Below are positions 38,804-47,452 of a DNA stretch of 64,000 bases, piece after piece. Both the position numbers and the translations under genes were made by a program. The DNA is from an uncultured bacterium (lineage in GTDB: Bacteria; Armatimonadota; JACIXR01). Where the stretch lies: positions 18,604-82,603 of the forward strand of contig CAYVMD010000001.1 of NCBI GenBank assembly GCA_964452465.1. The letters are read 5' to 3'. Under the pieces are notes generated by a model, which did not search any database, was not told the DNA's origin, and was given only the letters and a program-made list of their open reading frames with translations. How positions within the stretch are numbered: the first letter of the stretch is position 1; every line of letters starts with the position of its first letter.

Positions 38804-40035
38804 AATCTCAGGAGGGCATAGCCGGAAGGGGGAAGGCGAAGGGAGAGGACGGATTTTCCCTCCTCGAGGGATGTTCGAAGCGCCTGCCATTTCCCTGCAG
38901 GGTCATCCATCTTCCCTACGAAGGTCTTGCTTTTGGCAAGATATATTTTGAGCTCCCCAGGCTCTCTGTAGCTCATATTCACTATCAGGCAATAATTCCT
39001 GCCCTTTTCGTCCCGGAAGAATCCCAATGTGGCATCGCTACCTTCTACCTTGCTGATGGGCATTCCCTCCGGCAGGGGTTCTGCTCCCTGGGGGGGTTCC
39101 CCGCTATGATATGCGCCAAGGAACTCCAAATGGAAGAGTGTATCGCCGAGCACCTTCAACTCCCTGTTTATTCTCTTTACCTCGTCATAATGGGCAGTTC
39201 TCTCGCCATCCCAGGTTATTATACCATTGCGGGGATGCCAGACGGGGTCATCGGGGGGAGTCCAATAAGTGAAGTAGAAGATGCCCTTAGCGCCATAGGC
39301 GAGGGAATGAAAAGCCTGCCAGCGTATCTCCTCTTCTTTCAAGTCTCGATAAGGTCCATGTGTCGTCATCTGAATTATTACGAAGAGGGGCAGGTTGTAT
39401 TGGTGGGCGACATCGCTTGTTATCTTCAGGTTTTGGAAGAAGGTCTTCTTGTCCCCTCCCACCTCGAAGGGGTAGTAATCGAAGGAGATGAGTTGGGGTT
39501 TTACTATCTGTGCGAATTTCTCCACATGTTCCTTATAGGTGGGGGTGCCTAACTGCTCTGGGGTAGCGTAATCGGGGAAGAGGTTGATATAGGCGATATG
39601 GGAGGGGTCCTTTTCTTTTAGGTATTTCACCACTTCTCCCAGGAGAGGGAATTGGGAGGCGTTTGGCTCATCGGTTATGAAGTAGCCGTAGAAGGCGGGA
39701 TGGGGGGAGTAATCCCTTATCACCTCGTCCACCTTTGCTTGCCAATCTGGTTGGGAAGCGATGTTCCAGGGGAGGCGAGCATCCAATATTATGCATTTCA
39801 AGCCAAGGGATTTCGCTACATCCAAAAGATGGAGGTTTTCCTCCCTGGAAAAGCTTCCGCTAACGGGGGGCATTGCGACATTGAAACCTGCTTGAGCCAC
39901 CTCCCGGTATCTTTCCAAATTCGCCTCGGAGGCGGGAGGACCGCACCAATAGGAGATCACGAACTCGTCTATCCCAGGCGATGCGAAGAGAAACGTTCCC
40001 CAAAGCAACGAGGAAAGCAGAATGGGTTTTCTCAT
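38800..40035 (-). CDS. Secreted hypothetical glycoside-hydrolase-like TIM-barrel protein
   Basis: Signal peptide after Met (MRKPILLSSLLWGTFLFASPG). SD GGAGGTG lies 9 nt upstream. Alternating beta/alpha pattern with a conserved E and D. Start refined from the ORF track. Confidence 0.45.
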   Translation of the reverse strand: MRKPILLSSLLWGTFLFASPGIDEFVISYWCGPPASEANLERYREVAQAGFNVAMPPVSGSFSREENLHLLDVAKSLGLKCIILDARLPWNIASQPDWQAKVDEVIRDYSPHPAFYGYFITDEPNASQFPLLGEVVKYLKEKDPSHIAYINLFPDYATPEQLGTPTYKEHVEKFAQIVKPQLISFDYYPFEVGGDKKTFFQNLKITSDVAHQYNLPLFVIIQMTTHGPYRDLKEEEIRWQAFHSLAYGAKGIFYFTYWTPPDDPVWHPRNGIITWDGERTAHYDEVKRINRELKVLGDTLFHLEFLGAYHSGEPPQGAEPLPEGMPISKVEGSDATLGFFRDEKGRNYCLIVNMSYREPGELKIYLAKSKTFVGKMDDPAGKWQALRTSLEEGKSVLSLRLPPSGYALLRF

Positions 40036-40192
40036 TTTAAAATTCACCTCCCAGGGTAAGTATTGCTTCCCTCTCAAAATATAACAAGTTTTTTTTGGTA
40101 AGGGGAGTCGGATATCTCGAGATCGCGCTTCACAATCCCCTTCACAAATCGGTAGGGATGGTTAAGAATAAGGAAAAAAGGAGGTAAGAAGA

Positions 40193-41014
40193 ATGGCTTT
40201 ACCGGTAGTGGAAATCGGAGGATATAAAGTATCCAAACTGCTTTGTGGGACGAATTGTTTCCTCGGTTTCTCCCACTTCTCTTATGCCAAAGACACCTTC
40301 CTCAAGCGTTACTTCACCGTGGATAGAATAGCGGAGGTATTGGAGGAATGCATGAAGAGGGGAATAAACGGATTAGTCGGTCCCGCCGACCCCAAATTAG
40401 CCGAGGCGCGCAAGATGGTCCAAGATAAAATGGGGCAAAGGCTCATCTGGGTTTCCACCACCTATGGTCATATAGATAAGGAGAAACAACTGGAGGAGAT
40501 AAGATGGTTGGCAAAGGAGAAGGCGGAGATCTGTCTCATCCACGCTTCCTTCACTGATAGCCACCTTGTAAGTGGGGAGAGCAAGATCGTCGATATCGAG
40601 GACTTGCTATCCGCTATAAGGGAGGGGGGAATGGTACCGGGCCTCTCGACCCATCGTCCCGAAACAATCCCCACCGCTGATAGGGCGGGCTACGATGTGG
40701 AATGCTATATCCTCCCCTTGAACTCCATGGGCTTCCTCTGCGCCGTTGAGACGAACTGGCAGGCGGAGGTAATAAAACAAACGAAGAAGCCGGTGGTGGT
40801 TATAAAGCCCTTAGCCTCGGGAAGGCTTATGCCCTACGAGGCTCTCTCCTATGTGCTCGCTAACATCAAGCCCAATGATCCCATCACCATCGGCTTTATG
40901 AGCAAGGAAGAGGTGGAGGAGGATGTAGGGATAGTGGAGATGCTCCTCGAGGGCAAGGGGGAATTGAGGTTGCTCTATTCTCCCAGCAAGTCGGTTGTAG
41001 AGGGCAAGGAATGA
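40193..41014 (+). CDS. Hypothetical protein with no motif I can place; a weak aldo-keto-reductase-like N-terminal pattern
   Basis: 273 aa, cytoplasmic. 4-nt overlap with the downstream mdh-like gene. Confidence 0.4.
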   Translation: MALPVVEIGGYKVSKLLCGTNCFLGFSHFSYAKDTFLKRYFTVDRIAEVLEECMKRGINGLVGPADPKLAEARKMVQDKMGQRLIWVSTTYGHIDKEKQLEEIRWLAKEKAEICLIHASFTDSHLVSGESKIVDIEDLLSAIREGGMVPGLSTHRPETIPTADRAGYDVECYILPLNSMGFLCAVETNWQAEVIKQTKKPVVVIKPLASGRLMPYEALSYVLANIKPNDPITIGFMSKEEVEEDVGIVEMLLEGKGELRLLYSPSKSVVEGKE

Positions 41015-41925
41015 AGATAGCGATATTCGGAGCGGGAAGGGTAGGAGCTTCCACCGCCTTTGCCCTCCAGATGAGGGGAATAGGCAGGGAGATAGTCCTG
41101 GTCGATGTGAGGGAGGAGGTGGCGAAGGGGGAAGCGCTGGACCTCCTCCAGGGTTCCCCTGAGGCATATCCCCAAGCCTTCAAGTGGGGAGAGGAGGAAG
41201 CGGAAGGGGCTGATGTGTTCATCGTGACCGCGGGCGTGAGGAGGGAACCCAACGAAAGTAGGCTCTCTTTAATCCAAAGGAACCTGGGCATCTTCCGGGA
41301 TATCCTCCTTAAGATCGGGAGATTGAAGAAGGAGGGTTCCCTCCTTATAGTCGTTTCCAATCCTGTGGATGTATTGACCTATTTCGCCCATTTGGAGGGG
41401 AACTTCCCCTCGGGGAAGGTAATAGGTTTAGGTACCCTGCTCGATACCTTGCGCCTGCGCGCTTATCTCGCTTCTTGGCTCAATGTCGATCCCCGCGATG
41501 TGAACGCCATAGTCTTGGGGGAGCATGGAGATTCCATGGTCTTCCCCTTTAGTCTAGCGAGCATAGGAGGGGTACCCCTTCTCTCCTTCCCGGGGGTGAG
41601 CGAGGAGGGATTGAAGGAGATAAGGGAGAAGGTGAGAGGAGCGGGGGCGGAGATGATAAGGCTGAAGGGGGGAGCGGGAACCGCGGTGGGTATGGCGGTG
41701 GCGAAACTATTAGAGGCGATAGAGAGGGATTCCCGTTCGATGATGCCGGTCTCCACCTATCTCGAGGGCGCCATGACCTTCCGTGATGTCTGCCTCTCCC
41801 TTCCCTGCATGGTAGGTGGGGAGGGGATTCTGCAAGTGATTGAGCCACCTCTGAGGGAGGATGAGATGCTTGCCCTCCGAAACTCCTACGATGCCTTGCG
41901 GGGGGTGCTTGAGAGCCTGAGATAA
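41011..41925 (+). CDS. mdh: LDH-like malate/2-hydroxyacid dehydrogenase (LDH/MDH family)
   Basis: N-terminus GAGRVG. Catalytic loop AGVRREPNESRLSL, where the R at the LDH-Q102 position implies MDH-type specificity. GTLLDTLRLR (Asp-Arg). GEHGDS (His). Confidence 0.8.
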   Translation: MKIAIFGAGRVGASTAFALQMRGIGREIVLVDVREEVAKGEALDLLQGSPEAYPQAFKWGEEEAEGADVFIVTAGVRREPNESRLSLIQRNLGIFRDILLKIGRLKKEGSLLIVVSNPVDVLTYFAHLEGNFPSGKVIGLGTLLDTLRLRAYLASWLNVDPRDVNAIVLGEHGDSMVFPFSLASIGGVPLLSFPGVSEEGLKEIREKVRGAGAEMIRLKGGAGTAVGMAVAKLLEAIERDSRSMMPVSTYLEGAMTFRDVCLSLPCMVGGEGILQVIEPPLREDEMLALRNSYDALRGVLESLR

Positions 41926-41948
41926 ACCTTTCCCAAAGGAGGGATTAA

Positions 41949-44900
41949 ATGAAAGGGTTCGTTTGGTTTGTGGCTTTGCTCTTGGGAGTGATAGCCTGCA
42001 CTCAAGAGACAAACAATTACGAGTTAAGGGCGGTCCCAGCACCACATAAGGTCGTCATAGATGGCAAATTAAACGATTGGGACCTTTCAGGCAGGATCCT
42101 CATATGCTACGATGTTAAAAACCTCCTCGATACTCACTCCGCCTACACCTCCGCTATGTACGACGCAAACTACCTCTACTTCGCCTTCCAATTCAAGGAT
42201 AAAACGCCCTTGGTCAATCACATCGATCCCAGAACCCAGCCAGGAGAGGGATGGAGGGGGGACGCGGTTCAAATCCGCCTCAAAAGCGATAGGATCTCCC
42301 ATATCACCGCCTGGTATTACACCGACCGAAAGGAGCCCTGCATCCATATCCATTACGGCATGTGGGAGAAAAGCGATCCCGATTATGGGGACCTGGAGGA
42401 TGCTATCTCCGCAGGAGCGAAGATGGCATTCCAGATGGGAAAGGATGGGTATATGCAGGAGATAGCCCTGCCTTGGAAATTGATAACGAAGAGCGGGAAG
42501 CCGCCCAAGCCCGGCGAGGTGTGGAGGTTAGGGATAGAGGTCTTTTGGGGGGCTCCTACGAAAAGTGATTGGCCGGAGCATCGCTACGCCGATGTCGTCA
42601 ACCCCCAACTGATGCAGAGGGAGTTCTTCTGGCAGAATCTCAATGCCTGGGGTTCCCTCCGCTTCATGAGCGAGGGGAACCTCCCTCCCTCTCCTTCCCT
42701 CCAAATCCTCTCCGATATAGAACGCCTGGAGAAGATGGAATACTCCACCAAGGGCCCGGTGCCCATCAAATATACCCTCCCCTACGATGCAGGGGTTACC
42801 CTGGTCATCGAGAAGCCGGATGGGACAAGGGTGAGAAACCTGATAAGCGATTACCCCCGCAAGAAGGGAACGAACATCGACTATTGGGATCTGACCGACG
42901 ATAACGGGAAGTTGCTGGAGCCAGGGGAATATAGGGTAAGGGGGTTGTATCATGGGCCCTTCGATGTCCTTTACGAATTTGCCTATGGCAATCCTGGCAA
43001 TCCTCCCTACGATAACTCCAAGGGGACGGGAGGATGGCTCTCCAATCATGCTGAGCCCTTCGCCCTTACCGCGGACAACGAGGCTATCTATGTAGCCTGT
43101 CCCTTTGCCGAGGGTGCTTGTGCGATAATGAGGATGGATTACAACGGTCAACGCCAATGGGGCATACCCAATATAAACGGTGGACCCTTGGCGGTGGGCG
43201 ATGGTTACCTCTATGTCCTGGTGGGTGGCCCTACAATCGCTTGGGGTGGTCCACCCGAGAACGAGGTGGCAATAAGGAGGATAGATGCCAAGACGGGGAG
43301 GTTTGCCCCTTGGGAGGATGGCAAGGATATGCACACCATCGCCACTCTCCCTCCCATAGAAGAATGGTGGAAGCCAAGGCGGCCGGAGGGAGAGGTGGTG
43401 GCTAATCACGGCTTTAATGCGGATTGGTGTCAAAGACAAACGATGGGGCTCGCCTTGGGTGGAGGGAAACTGTATGCCTCTTTGTATTACGAGGATAAGA
43501 TCGTCGTGGTCGACCCCAAGGAGGGCAAGGCGATAGGGGAAATAAGGGTGGAGCGCCCCGCTGGACTTGCTTGTGATGGAGAGGGAAGACTCTATGCGAT
43601 AAGCGGGAAGAGGGTCGTTAAAGTAGAAGGAAATGGCAAGATATCGCCAGTGATCACGGAGGGGCTCTCGGCGCCCATAGGGCTTTGTTTGGATTCCGAG
43701 GGGAACATTTATGTCTCGGATTGGGGCGAAGCTATGTGCGTTAAGAAGTTCTCTCCGGAGGGAAAGCTCCTCATGTCCATCGGCAAATTGGGCGGTAGAT
43801 CGTTAAACGGCGCCTATGATCCCAATGGAATGTTCCGCCCCTGGGGGATAGCGGTGGATAAGAGAGGGCGCCTTTGGGTGGCGGAATACGATCCCAGCCC
43901 TCGTAGGATCAGCGTCTGGGATGCGAAGAGGGGGGAATTCCTGCGGGAATTCTGTGGGACGACCCATTACGCTGCTATGGGCGCCTTCATAAATCGCCTC
44001 AATCCTAAAATGGCATTCCTCCTTGGCAACATCTGTGAGCTGGATTGGAAGAAGGGGCTCTGGAGGGTTACCGGCACTTTGCATCGTCCCACTGCTCCCA
44101 ACGACCTATTCTACATAGGTGGGGACCAAAGGATGGAGGTTGTGAATTACAAAGGACGCAACCTCCTTATCGCCAATACCGGTTTCACCACCATAATCGC
44201 GGAATTGCACGATACCTATGCCCGTCCCCTCTGCGCTATGGGTTGGCTCTATGAACTCTATACGGTGGGGGCAGAATGGCCGGAGATCATCCTCAAGAAC
44301 CTAACGGATAGTCCCGAAAGATTGGAGGAATTGAAGAAGAAGCATCCTAGGGCGTTCAATGGATTAGGCGCCCCATACCCAGATGTTTCCTCCATGCTTA
44401 ACGAGCCCGATGTGAGGAGCATCTACCTTTGGATAGACGAGAACGGCGATGGATTGGTGGACGAGAGGGAGATCAGGTTCTTCCAAGGGAACGAGAGGGG
44501 AAGCGAGTTGGGAGGATTGAGGCTTTGGGGAAGGGGTTGGCAGAATGCTTACGATGCGGATTTGAACCTCTACTTCTTCGGTCCCAGCCAGGATTGGAAA
44601 CGGCTCATGGGCTGGAAACTGCCCCTCAAGGGATGGAACACCGTGGGGGCGCCCATCTATGATGTGAGGGAAGCGAAGAAGATAGTGGACATGCCCTTCG
44701 GCGGATGGGGAGATTCCTTCAGTTGGGCTAATAGGGAAGGGAAGGTCCTCATAGGGGATAACCCCATGACGATGTTCTCCTCCGATGGCAAATTGCTGTG
44801 GACATATCCCAATCCCTGGCCGGGCGTACATGGCTCCCACACCGCCCCCAAGGCCAAGCGGGGGAGGATAATCGGACCTCTCTTCGTTTGCGGATCGGCG

Positions 44901-45989
44901 GATGTGGAGGGATTGGGGGAGGTCTTCGCTTTGAGGGGCAATCTGGGGGAAACTTACCTAATGACTATAGACGGGCTATTCATCACCACCCTCTTTCGGG
45001 ATTGTAGGAGCGCCCCCGATGCTCTGCCGGATGAGCCAAGGCGGGGAATGAGCATAAAGGACTGCACCGCTGGCGGGGAGCCCTTCAATGGCAATTTCTT
45101 TAGGAGCCCCTTGGATGGCAATTACTATCTGGAGGGACCGGTGGGGAGTTGCCGGGAGGCATCGGTCGTGGCAAGGGTAGTGGGCTTGGATACGATTAAG
45201 CGTCTATCCACCCAAAAGATGGTGGTGGGACAGAAGGAATATGCCGAGGCGGAGAAGCTTTACAGGGAGCGGGTTAAGGAAGAAGCGCGGAGGAAAGTTG
45301 TGTATATTGCCAGGATGAAGAAGGAGGTAAAGGAGATCCCCTCCCATGAGGATTTCGATTGGGCGGATCGCCGAATTGCGAGTTGGAGTTACGATGAAAA
45401 CCATTCCGTTTGGAGGGCTACTTGGACCTACGACGATAAGAACCTCTATGTAGCCTTCCAGGGAATAAAGGACGAGACGCCAATGATAAATAACGGTGGG
45501 GATTGGCAACTCCTCTTCAAGAGTGGCGATGCCCTGGTACTCGAGCTTCGCACCGTCCCCAACGAAGATTCATCCGAGGTCATTCCGGGCGATATAAGGC
45601 TACTCTTCAGCGTCTTTCAGGGTAAACCCATAGCGATCCTCTATAATTACAAGGTTCCGGGGACGAAACAGCCTCACCGTTTCTCCTCTCCTGTGGGTAC
45701 GACATTGATAGACGAGGTTAAGGTTTTGGAGAACGCCAAGGTGGTCTTCGATAGAGGAGGGGATAGCTACAGCGCCAGAATAGTCGTCCCTTTGGCGGAT
45801 ATAAACTTCAAGCCCGTGCGGGACAAATACTATAGGGGAGACTTCGGCGTCATCTACTCCGACAAGTTGGGCAGGGTGAACGAACTCAGGATGTTCTGGT
45901 GCAATCCCTTGGGAGCGCTCGTCACCGATGTCTGCCAGGAATCCCAGATACTCCCCGCCTATTGGGGCAAATTCCAAGTGGAGGAGTGA
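41949..45989 (+). CDS. Giant lipoprotein with N- and C-terminal CBM9/DOMON-like domains and a central NHL-repeat beta-propeller
   Basis: Lipobox LLGVIAC. The N-terminal (HKVVIDGKLNDWD...YLYFAFQFKD) and C-terminal (WADRRIASWSYDE...LYVAFQGIKDE) regions resemble each other and CBM9. NHL-like repeats (SAPIGLCLDSEGNIYVSDWG, PWGIAVDKRGRLWVAEYD). 1346 aa. Confidence 0.55.
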   Translation: MKGFVWFVALLLGVIACTQETNNYELRAVPAPHKVVIDGKLNDWDLSGRILICYDVKNLLDTHSAYTSAMYDANYLYFAFQFKDKTPLVNHIDPRTQPGEGWRGDAVQIRLKSDRISHITAWYYTDRKEPCIHIHYGMWEKSDPDYGDLEDAISAGAKMAFQMGKDGYMQEIALPWKLITKSGKPPKPGEVWRLGIEVFWGAPTKSDWPEHRYADVVNPQLMQREFFWQNLNAWGSLRFMSEGNLPPSPSLQILSDIERLEKMEYSTKGPVPIKYTLPYDAGVTLVIEKPDGTRVRNLISDYPRKKGTNIDYWDLTDDNGKLLEPGEYRVRGLYHGPFDVLYEFAYGNPGNPPYDNSKGTGGWLSNHAEPFALTADNEAIYVACPFAEGACAIMRMDYNGQRQWGIPNINGGPLAVGDGYLYVLVGGPTIAWGGPPENEVAIRRIDAKTGRFAPWEDGKDMHTIATLPPIEEWWKPRRPEGEVVANHGFNADWCQRQTMGLALGGGKLYASLYYEDKIVVVDPKEGKAIGEIRVERPAGLACDGEGRLYAISGKRVVKVEGNGKISPVITEGLSAPIGLCLDSEGNIYVSDWGEAMCVKKFSPEGKLLMSIGKLGGRSLNGAYDPNGMFRPWGIAVDKRGRLWVAEYDPSPRRISVWDAKRGEFLREFCGTTHYAAMGAFINRLNPKMAFLLGNICELDWKKGLWRVTGTLHRPTAPNDLFYIGGDQRMEVVNYKGRNLLIANTGFTTIIAELHDTYARPLCAMGWLYELYTVGAEWPEIILKNLTDSPERLEELKKKHPRAFNGLGAPYPDVSSMLNEPDVRSIYLWIDENGDGLVDEREIRFFQGNERGSELGGLRLWGRGWQNAYDADLNLYFFGPSQDWKRLMGWKLPLKGWNTVGAPIYDVREAKKIVDMPFGGWGDSFSWANREGKVLIGDNPMTMFSSDGKLLWTYPNPWPGVHGSHTAPKAKRGRIIGPLFVCGSADVEGLGEVFALRGNLGETYLMTIDGLFITTLFRDCRSAPDALPDEPRRGMSIKDCTAGGEPFNGNFFRSPLDGNYYLEGPVGSCREASVVARVVGLDTIKRLSTQKMVVGQKEYAEAEKLYRERVKEEARRKVVYIARMKKEVKEIPSHEDFDWADRRIASWSYDENHSVWRATWTYDDKNLYVAFQGIKDETPMINNGGDWQLLFKSGDALVLELRTVPNEDSSEVIPGDIRLLFSVFQGKPIAILYNYKVPGTKQPHRFSSPVGTTLIDEVKVLENAKVVFDRGGDSYSARIVVPLADINFKPVRDKYYRGDFGVIYSDKLGRVNELRMFWCNPLGALVTDVCQESQILPAYWGKFQVEE

Positions 45990-45994
45990 GGGTT

Positions 45995-47098
45995 ATGGGG
46001 AGGAAGTGGCTCTTGATGGGATTGGGATTGGTTTGGCATCTGACCTTCGGGGTTGGTCAATGGCAGGGCACTACCTATCCTCCCTCTCGAGGGAAGTTGG
46101 AACCGCCCTCCCGCTTCCTCCTCACCGATACGGGAAATGTGGGAGGAGGCTGCGGTAGAGGGGATCCGCATTTCCACCTTTCCGATGTGGATTTCGTCAA
46201 CTTAAGCGAGGGTTGGAGTTGCGGATATGGAGGAGTGTTCGTTACCAAGGATGGAGGGCTCACCTGGGAGAGGAAGAAGCCCCCGGGCGATTGGATAAGG
46301 ATAAGGGTGGTAAGACCGGGCGAGGTGTTCCTTTTGGAGGGGCATCATCCTGGAGGAAGGGGAAGGGTTTTCCTTTGGCATACGACGGATGGTGGAGCGA
46401 ATTGGGAGAAGGTGGGGGAATTGGGGGATAGGTTGAGCGGATATTGGGATATGTTTTTCCGGGGCAAGGAGGGCTGGATAATCTGCGGATGGAATCCCTC
46501 CTTTCATACCTCGGATGGGGGCAGGAGTTGGCAGGAGGTTTACTTCGATAACCTCATTGGACAAGCCTTCAAGATAGCCGTCCCCGCCGATGTCAAGAGT
46601 AATGGAGGATATGTGGTCTATGTGTGGGGAGCTGCCGATCAAGGGGGAAAGTGGGTGGCGAGGTTGGTGAAGAGCGAGAATGGAGGAAAGACCTGGAGGA
46701 TGCTCAAGCTTCCCGAGGAGATGCCAGCCACATTGTGGGTGGCTATGTGCTTTCCCACCAGCAGGATGGGCTGGATCGGTTTAGAGAGGGGGAGGCTTCT
46801 CTTCACGAAGGATGGAGGGAAGAGTTGGGAATGGTTGCAATTACCCACGGAAAGGCGGGTGGTGGCCCTTTGGATGGACCAATGCGGACACGGCTTCGCC
46901 TCAATAGACAACAGCGATATCTATCACCTAACTGATTGCTTATACGAGACCCACGATTATGGGAGGACCTGGCAGGCGGTATTGAGCGGTTACAAGCATT
47001 TCAATGCATTCGTCTCCCTGGGTCCCGGCTATTTCTGGGCGGTGGGTCAACTTCCCAGCGTGGTGCCCGTGGACATAGTGGCGATCCTACAAAGGTAA
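45995..47098 (+). CDS. Secreted BNR-repeat (Ycf48/sialidase-like beta-propeller) protein
   Basis: Repeated SxDGGxxW motifs (TTDGGANWEK, TSDGGRSWQE, SENGGKTWRM, TKDGGKSWEW). Start refined to ATG at 45995. Confidence 0.7.
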   Translation: MGRKWLLMGLGLVWHLTFGVGQWQGTTYPPSRGKLEPPSRFLLTDTGNVGGGCGRGDPHFHLSDVDFVNLSEGWSCGYGGVFVTKDGGLTWERKKPPGDWIRIRVVRPGEVFLLEGHHPGGRGRVFLWHTTDGGANWEKVGELGDRLSGYWDMFFRGKEGWIICGWNPSFHTSDGGRSWQEVYFDNLIGQAFKIAVPADVKSNGGYVVYVWGAADQGGKWVARLVKSENGGKTWRMLKLPEEMPATLWVAMCFPTSRMGWIGLERGRLLFTKDGGKSWEWLQLPTERRVVALWMDQCGHGFASIDNSDIYHLTDCLYETHDYGRTWQAVLSGYKHFNAFVSLGPGYFWAVGQLPSVVPVDIVAILQR

Positions 47099-47168
47099 GA
47101 ACGGAGGAAATTCACCTTCCTATCATGAACACTCTTTTGATGCTTTCCCCCAAGCGCTATCATCTCTA

Positions 47169-47403
47169 TTTACCCTTGCCTTTCCTCAAGGTAAAACCTA
47201 ACTGGAACAAGTCGGACACTAGAACGAAGGGAGCGTGTCCTTATCGTTTGTCTTCGGCAAACGAGTTTGCGCCAATATCCAAATGGATCTCCTACCCCTA
47301 TCTTAGAGGGGATCTTTATAAGGAACAAAATCTTTTCCAATCCAATAGAGTATTTTGAGGAAGCGAAATCTTATTTACCCTTTCCTTTCCTCAAAATAAA
47401 ATC
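47169..47403 (+). repeat. Mosaic palindromic intergenic element, copy A (modules 1', X, Y, M1), upstream of the 47453 gene
   Basis: Homologous to 6400-6653 but with permuted module order. X hairpin at 47244-47264, Y hairpin at ~47266-47314, M1 hairpin (attttgaggaa...ttcctcaaaat) at 47351-47403, and a partial M1-like repeat at 47169-47198. Confidence 0.6.
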
Positions 47404-47452
47404 AATTTAAGTGGAAAGAATTCCGGATGATTTCTAAGGGAGGTTGGGAGAG

